A stretch of 41,238 bases of DNA. Origin: Polyangiaceae bacterium. Lineage in GTDB: Bacteria > Myxococcota_A > Polyangia > Polyangiales > Polyangiaceae. The stretch is from the NCBI GenBank assembly GCA_044376115.1, contig JBILLK010000047.1:1-41238 (forward strand), written 5' to 3'. Under the pieces are notes generated by a model. It saw only the letters and a list, made by a program, of their open reading frames with translations, was not told the origin of the DNA and did no database searches. The translations under genes were made by a program, and so were the position numbers. Below are positions 36,027-41,238 of this stretch, in pieces; within the stretch, counting starts at the first letter, position 1; each line of letters begins with the position of its first letter.

Positions 36027-36053
36027 GAAACTTCGTGGCCCCCGGCGGGTGAT
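36027..36053 (+). promoter_or_regulatory. putative ECF promoter of the repeat lipoprotein
   Basis: GAAACT-N16-GTGAT, followed by AAGGAG and ATG 36076. Confidence 0.6.
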
Positions 36054-36075
36054 GTTCAGACAAGGAGTTACTACC

Positions 36076-36792
36076 ATGATGAAACATACCGTCTCGCTGC
36101 TTTGTCTTGCGTCCACCGCCATGTTGTTCGCTGCCTGCTCGGTCGATCTCACCGACTCCGAGGGCAGGGCCGTCGCAGCCGTCGAAGGTGACCTCACCGA
36201 CTCCGAGGGCAGGACCTTCGAAGGTGAAGACCCCGTGTGCGGATTGTTTCGCGGTGGTCTGAGCGAGGCCGACGACATGATCGCCAGCCCCAATCCGGAG
36301 GACAGCATCGAGGACAGCGACAATGCCTGCATTGCATACTGCGACGCGAGCAACCCGGAGCCTGGCGACGTCTGCGCTAGAGGAGGAAACGTCATCAAGA
36401 CGTATGAAGACACCTCGGCGCAACCGGTGTGCGGATTGTTTCGCGGTGGTCTGAGCGAGGCCGACGACATGGTCGCCAGCCCCAATCCGGCGGACAGCGT
36501 GGAGGACAGCGACGAGGCCTGCATTGCATACTGCGACGCGAGCAACCCGGAGCCTGGTGACGTCTGCGCGAGAGGAGGAAACGTCATCAAGACGTACGAA
36601 GGCCCGGCAGCGCAGCCGGTGTGCGGATTGTTTCGTGGTGGTCTGAGCGAGGCCGACGACATGATCGCCAGCCCCAACCCAGCAAACAGCGTCGAGGACA
36701 GCGACGAGGCCTGCATTGCGTACTGCAACGCGAGCAACCCGGAGCCCGGCGACGACTGCGCAAGGGGCGGAAACGTCATCGAGACGTACTGA
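36076..36792 (+). CDS. lipoprotein with three tandem 64-aa Cys-rich acidic repeats
   Basis: MMKHTVSLLCLASTAMLFAAC lipobox; RBS AAGGAG; DLTDSEGR occurs twice in the linker. Confidence 0.9.
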   Translation: MMKHTVSLLCLASTAMLFAACSVDLTDSEGRAVAAVEGDLTDSEGRTFEGEDPVCGLFRGGLSEADDMIASPNPEDSIEDSDNACIAYCDASNPEPGDVCARGGNVIKTYEDTSAQPVCGLFRGGLSEADDMVASPNPADSVEDSDEACIAYCDASNPEPGDVCARGGNVIKTYEGPAAQPVCGLFRGGLSEADDMIASPNPANSVEDSDEACIAYCNASNPEPGDDCARGGNVIETY

Positions 36793-36883
36793 TCGTTCTC
36801 GGCCGGCCCCGGGGGAGAAAGAGCAGCGCCACCCCGGCAAACGGAGGTGACGCTAGCCACTTCAGCACAACGTCAGCACAACG

Positions 36884-37201
36884 TCAGAGCCCCTCGGACT
36901 CTTCGACCGGCGGCTCGGTCAAGCCGGCGATGCACTCGCTCAGCGCGCGGTGAGCCGCCGTGTCGGAGCCATCGAGGGCGGCACACGAAGCGGCCTCCAC
37001 ACAGTCGGCTTGGCGTTCGAGCACGAGCGCGTCTTCCTCGCTGCACAGCATGCTCGCGTCGGCGCGCTCGGTGTCCGGAACTAGTGGGCAATTGGTTTCA
37101 GCGTCCTGAATGCGTTCGAGCGCATCGTCGCAAGGGGTGGGATCGCAGCCGGTGGCAGCGCACACAAACAGCAGGACAGCTACCTTTGTGAACGGTCTCA
37201 T
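36884..37201 (-). CDS. small Cys-rich lipoprotein
   Basis: MRPFTKVAVLLFVCAATGC lipobox; paired Cys; ATGA overlap. Confidence 0.75.
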   Translation of the reverse strand: MRPFTKVAVLLFVCAATGCDPTPCDDALERIQDAETNCPLVPDTERADASMLCSEEDALVLERQADCVEAASCAALDGSDTAAHRALSECIAGLTEPPVEESEGL

Positions 37202-37662
37202 GCGCCACCTCCTTCACCGCCAGCACCGTCAACGGTCGGTTCGAAGTCCTCCGCCGCGACCACCTCGATCGGTACCTCCACGCTCTCGACGATCCCCACC
37301 AAGGTCAGCGTCAACACAGCGTTACCCGGCGCGCGGCCGATGATGGCGATGGTGTTGTTCGGCCCGGAGAAGGCCTCTGCAACGGCCGGGTCGTCGCTCA
37401 CCATCGTCCAAGGCCCCTCAAGCTCCACGAGCCGGTTGTCGCCCTCGCTCGAGAAGGCGGAGAAGTCCACCGCAACGCCGACCGCCTCCTGCAGCTTGAG
37501 ACCTTGCGTGCCATCAAAAATTGGGGGTCGCTGATCGTCGATCGGCGTCCAATTGCTGTGCTCTTGGCCCACCACCACCTGGCCTTCCAGCGTGTCGATC
37601 TGCGTTCGTGCCGTACACGCAACCAGCAGCAACGTGCTCGCGAGAACCTGCGCACGCCTCAT
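37198..37662 (-). CDS. lipoprotein with Ig-like beta domain
   Basis: MRRAQVLASTLLLVAC lipobox; WTMVSDDPAVA..IIGRAPGNAVLTL. Confidence 0.75.
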   Translation of the reverse strand: MRRAQVLASTLLLVACTARTQIDTLEGQVVVGQEHSNWTPIDDQRPPIFDGTQGLKLQEAVGVAVDFSAFSSEGDNRLVELEGPWTMVSDDPAVAEAFSGPNNTIAIIGRAPGNAVLTLTLVGIVESVEVPIEVVAAEDFEPTVDGAGGEGGGA

Positions 37663-37739
37663 GAGCCCACCTCGATCGAAACGGTACCGCTGAAAACCCC
37701 GACCTCCACGTTGAGCAGCGGCTTTGTTGCCCCGTCTTC

Positions 37740-38489
37740 GTGCTCGCGGCGCTGATTTGTATTCAGACGGGTTGTCGCAAACCTGCCCCGCCCGCAGAGC
37801 CTGCTTCCTACCGCTATATCGTTCGAGTGGAGCCGGGCGGTCCGCAGACGGGGACCCTGATCCTGGATGGCAAAGAGGTCGGCCCGCTAACGCTAGGAAC
37901 CGCAGGGGTGACGCTCTCCAGTTCGGAGTGGCTCACCGAGAGGCAGCTACGCCTTCGTCTCGACACGACGTGCGGCCCCGAGGACCTAAAGCTCCAGGTC
38001 AAATTGTCCCGCGAGCTCGAGGCTGAGAAACGCAAGAAGGCTGGACTCAACAACGCCGAGGACATCTATCTAAAGGCCGAGGAGATCTCGACGGCGATCG
38101 TCTATCTGGACGCGCGCTCGGGAGCAGCTACCGACGCCATGGTTGGCAAGCAAGCTGTTGCCAGCTCGAACAAGTCGGTCGTGCGGGTTGGCAAATGCGG
38201 GGAAGCTCGCAAGATCTCAATCGGCGGAGCGGTTATCGGTGAGCTTGCTCCGCCCGGCAAAGCAACCCTCGTCGATGTGCCGGGTGGTCAGTGCGCACGG
38301 CTCGAAGCCGTGAACTACGCGGTATCCGGGATGAACGTGCGCACTGGGGAGACCGCACAAATCCTCAAGGGAAGCCGGACGTACGAGGTTCCGCTCGAGA
38401 TCACCTACTTCTTTACGCCTCCCCCGAGCAGCCTCGAAAACCGGGGCGACTTCTCTGTGAAGCTGTGGAGCCTGAGCGCCTGCCCGTAG
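37740..38489 (+). CDS. putative lipoprotein; 5' end possibly deleted
   Basis: VLAALICIQTGC lipobox-like but no charged N-region or RBS; 249 aa open frame. Confidence 0.6.
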   Translation: MLAALICIQTGCRKPAPPAEPASYRYIVRVEPGGPQTGTLILDGKEVGPLTLGTAGVTLSSSEWLTERQLRLRLDTTCGPEDLKLQVKLSRELEAEKRKKAGLNNAEDIYLKAEEISTAIVYLDARSGAATDAMVGKQAVASSNKSVVRVGKCGEARKISIGGAVIGELAPPGKATLVDVPGGQCARLEAVNYAVSGMNVRTGETAQILKGSRTYEVPLEITYFFTPPPSSLENRGDFSVKLWSLSACP

Positions 38490-38506
38490 AGTAACCTTCG
38501 CTCCTC

Positions 38507-38956
38507 ATGGCTCGAACCCATCGCGATGTGCAGCTCGCCGTGCTCCCGCCCGACGCCTGGATGTTGGCGCGCAACTCCGGGGCCGAGATCCCGAGTTTCC
38601 GGCTTACCGGCGCAGATCCGGCGAGTTTGCGGCTGCGCTTCGACCGCGGCTTTGGTTGGTCCAACCCGATCGACGTCAACGTCACCATCTGGCAATCCGG
38701 GCCGGCGCACAGCACGCTTCGTTACGAGGCCAGCTTGCTGGCCCTCGCCGACCCGTTCGACTTCATGGGCAAGAACCTCGAGCGCTTCGAGCAGCATTTG
38801 CACGCGCACTGTTACGCCTGGATGAACGGCATGGCGCCTCCCCCGCCTCCCGTCGACAAGCATAGCGTCAAGGTGAACCTCATCATCCTCGGCGTGGTGT
38901 TCGGCGTGCTCTTCCTGTTCGTCTTGGTATTCGTGGTAGCCGTGCTGGCGCGCTAG
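38507..38956 (+). CDS. hypothetical protein with C-terminal TM helix
   Basis: 149 aa; poly-Pro linker then LIILGVVFGVLFLFVLVFVVAVL. Confidence 0.7.
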   Translation: MARTHRDVQLAVLPPDAWMLARNSGAEIPSFRLTGADPASLRLRFDRGFGWSNPIDVNVTIWQSGPAHSTLRYEASLLALADPFDFMGKNLERFEQHLHAHCYAWMNGMAPPPPPVDKHSVKVNLIILGVVFGVLFLFVLVFVVAVLAR

Positions 38957-39018
38957 ACGAGCAACTCCGTCGCGCGTAGCCGAGAAAGGACTCGTCATGC
39001 CGCGCGAAGCGGGTCACG

Positions 39019-40544
39019 ATGTCGTCGGTGGGGGCGAGAGACCCGTTCGGACTATGTGGGACAGTGCTCAACGACACCTTCGAAGCGATCGAGGTCGTCG
39101 GTGAGGGCGGCTTCGGCGTGGTCTATCGAGGCCGTCATGTCGGGTTCGACGAGCAGGTTGCGATCAAGTGCCTGAAGCTCCCGGCCCACTTCTCCGAGGC
39201 TGAAAAGGCAGCGTTCTTCGATCGACTGCGCGACGAGGGCAAGCTGCTAGTCAAGCTCTCCCGCAAGACCGCGGGGATCGTGCAGGCCCTCGACATCGGT
39301 GATGTCACGGTAAAGGGCACGAGGGTTCCGTACCTGGCGCTCGAATGGGTGGACGGCGTGACGCTGACGCAGGCGCTCGCGCAGCGTCGGGCGGCGCGCG
39401 AAGCGAACCCGTCCGTGGGTGCAGGAGCCGCGTTTCTCAGGCCGATCGCGGATGCGCTCGCCGTCGCGCACGGACAGAACGTCGCGCACCGCGACATCAA
39501 GCCGGATAACCTCATGCGGACCGCGGATGGCAGTCTGAAGGTGCTCGACTTCGGGATCGCGAAGCTGCTCGAGGTCGGTCCCACGGGAGAGGCGCAAACG
39601 TCTGCGGCGGCGCCAGTGTTCACGCCGGGGTACGGCGCGCCTGAGCAATTCGAGAAGCGTCGGGGTCCGACAGGTCCGTGGACCGACGTTTTTTCGCTCG
39701 CGCTCGTCTTCGTTGAATGGGTGTCGGGCGCGCGGGCGATCGTCGGGGAAGAGCTGATCGATCTGTACAAGGCGACGACCGATCCGGTGAGGCGCCCGAC
39801 GTTGCGAGCGCTCGGCGTCGCGACCTCCGATGACGTGGAAGCTGTGCTGCTGAAGGCGTTAGCGATCGAACCGACCGCGCGCTTCCAAGACGCAGGCGCC
39901 TTCATGGCTGCGCTGGATCGCGCGGTGGCCGCCGGCAGTGAAGCCGACAAAGCGTCAGCGCCGTCGCGCCTCGACACAGCGTTCATGGCCTCCGCTTCGA
40001 CCGAGGCGTTCCTTTCGGAGAGCGCGAAGAATGACGCGTACGCGCCGACGGACGCGCTCAATGCCGCGCAGGCCGAAGAGCAAAGCGCAGCCTCCCCGCG
40101 CACGACCAATCCGATTCATCTCTCGCAACCGCCGCCCTCGCTCGCCACGCCCAGCAAAGCGCGTCCGAGCGGCGGCTCGACCAAGATCGTGGCTGTGGTC
40201 GCCGGCGTCGCGGCGGTCGGCGCTTTGGTGTTCTTCGCGAATCAGCCCGCTCCGTCCGTCCGCGAGAAGCCAGCTCCAGAGACGAGTCCATCGGGCACCA
40301 TCGTCTCGTCGAGCACCGTTGTCTCATCGACGCCCACGCCACCGATTCCCGCACCGACGACGCCGGAACTCGGGCTTCGCACGCTAGCGCAGTACCATGA
40401 TGCCCCCGCGGCGCTCGCTGGGAACCCACTCACAACGACGGCGTGGCGCGCGGCTGCACAAAGCTTCGAAGCCTCATGCGCGGCCGATCCATCTGCGGCG
40501 CGGTGGTGTGCCGCCGAACAGTTCTGTCGTGGCCAGGTCGACTT
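39019..40544 (+). pseudogene. transmembrane Ser/Thr kinase, extracellular C-terminus truncated by IS21 remnant (frame runs on to 40713)
   Basis: VGEGGFGVVY, VAIKCL, HRDIKPDN, LDFGIAK, FTPGYGAPEQ, DVFSLA, TM; after about 40544 the DNA is antisense istB. Confidence 0.85.
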
Positions 40545-40906
40545 TGCTCGTGATGATCACGCTCTTGCGCTCGTATCGCTCGGCGAGGAACGTAAAGAGA
40601 ACCTCCATCTCGTCGCGGTTTTGTTGCACGTAGCCGATGTCGTCGAGAATCACCGCGTCGAAGCGGTCGAGGACGGCAAGTTCCCGTCTCAAGTGGCAAT
40701 GCGGACTCACTGATATATCGGTCGATTCTACGTCGCCGACGCTCATCGAGTTCGAGTTCGGCGAGATGCTGCAGATACTGACTAAAGCTCCAACCTTCAC
40801 TTTGTGCCTTATGAGCAATCTCCTCGGCGAGTCGAACAAACGCCGGCAACTTTAGTGCGCGCAGCATCATGCCCAGCGACTCTGCGGGTGGAACGTGGCC
40901 GATCAT
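40544..40906 (-). pseudogene. istB: IS21-family istB remnant (internal deletion, frameshift, 3' truncated)
   Basis: LRALKLPAF..A..EGWSFSQYL..L.ELELDERRRRRI.R....S.LP joined in another frame to LDRFDAVILDDIGYVQQNRDEMEVLFTFLAERYERKSVIITS; Walker A region absent. Confidence 0.9.
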
Positions 40907-41238
40907 GTTCCGACCTCAAGCAGGCTATTGTACGAGGCAAGTTCGATCGGATGTCTCTGCAGGTCTGGCACGGCAATTGGTGGTTTTGAGGTCACAATGG
41001 TCTTTACGACCGACGAGGTGATTGCCTGATTCTCAGCCAGCAACAGGTCTAATGCCGCCTCGACGTCGGCCTCCAGCGTGCTCGCCGCAAGGTGGAGAAT
41101 ACGCAGGTACTCATGACCGCGGATGCGCTCGCACGCGAGTTGGTCCTTATCGTTGTAACGGACAACGATGTGGTCCTCGAAGACCCGGACTTTGACACAC
41201 TCGCCAATGAGGCGCGAAGGCACTGAGTAAGCGCAGCT
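40903..41238 (-). pseudogene. istA: IS21-family istA 3' remnant (continues beyond the window)
   Basis: AYSVPSRLIGE.VKVRVFEDHI.V.Y then EYLRILHLAASTLEADVEAALDLLL..P...L.SY.SLL; ATGA overlap with istB. Confidence 0.85.

Larger units (their letters stand above)
35694..36792 (+). repeat. four near-identical coding repeats (Cys-rich acidic domain)
   Basis: Units start at 35694, 36232, 36424 and 36616 (the last three spaced 192 bp): PVCGLFRGGLSEA..M.ASP.P..S..DSD.ACIAYC.AS.PEPGD.CARGG.VI.TY. Confidence 0.95.

Noticed and set aside
35694..36792. Four near-identical repeats as a CRISPR array
   Set aside because: Units are about 175-192 bp, in frame and protein-coding, with no unique spacers and no cas genes.
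36863..36887. 11-bp tandem duplication CAGCACAACGT x2
   Set aside because: Present, but most simply a slippage duplication at a gene end with no sign of function.

Overview
GC-rich bacterial DNA. The gene content (PEGA/TPR protein, Gly-rich lipoproteins, several Ser/Thr kinases, many lipoproteins) suggests a myxobacterium (Myxococcota, probably Polyangiales); this is an inference. (1) 1-17556, all on the minus strand with many start/stop overlaps: small ORF, group-3-like sigma factor, two Hanks kinases (one with 2 FHA domains), membrane protein, TPR/PEGA protein, two Gly-rich lipoproteins, then an orphan T6SS spike/effector module (vgrG, two accessory ORFs, PAAR-like effector candidate, immunity candidate, two DUF2169 adaptors, and a second immunity paralogue at the window edge). 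An 82-bp non-coding element recurs upstream of a lipoprotein gene and of vgrG. (2) ~18000-23900: a decaying integron-type cassette array with seven attC-like sites or half-sites and no integrase in the window. It carries several immunity-like genes, a VapBC module and one inverted cassette. (3) 24000-32800: lipoprotein and membrane protein genes, then a murC-like/murD-like/MBL/phosphoglycosyl transferase/DUF218 operon outside a dcw cluster, facing an NlpC/P60 lipoprotein. (4) 33400-38956: an ECF sigma/anti-sigma pair whose C-terminal Cys-rich domain is repeated three times in the downstream lipoprotein, with a shared GAAACT-N16-GTGAT motif, plus small lipoproteins. (5) 39019-41238: a Ser/Thr kinase truncated by an internally deleted IS21 remnant. 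Many deletion junctions and a few frameshifts occur; some may be assembly errors. No rRNA, tRNA or CRISPR array was recognised. All family calls come from motif recognition by eye, not from searches.
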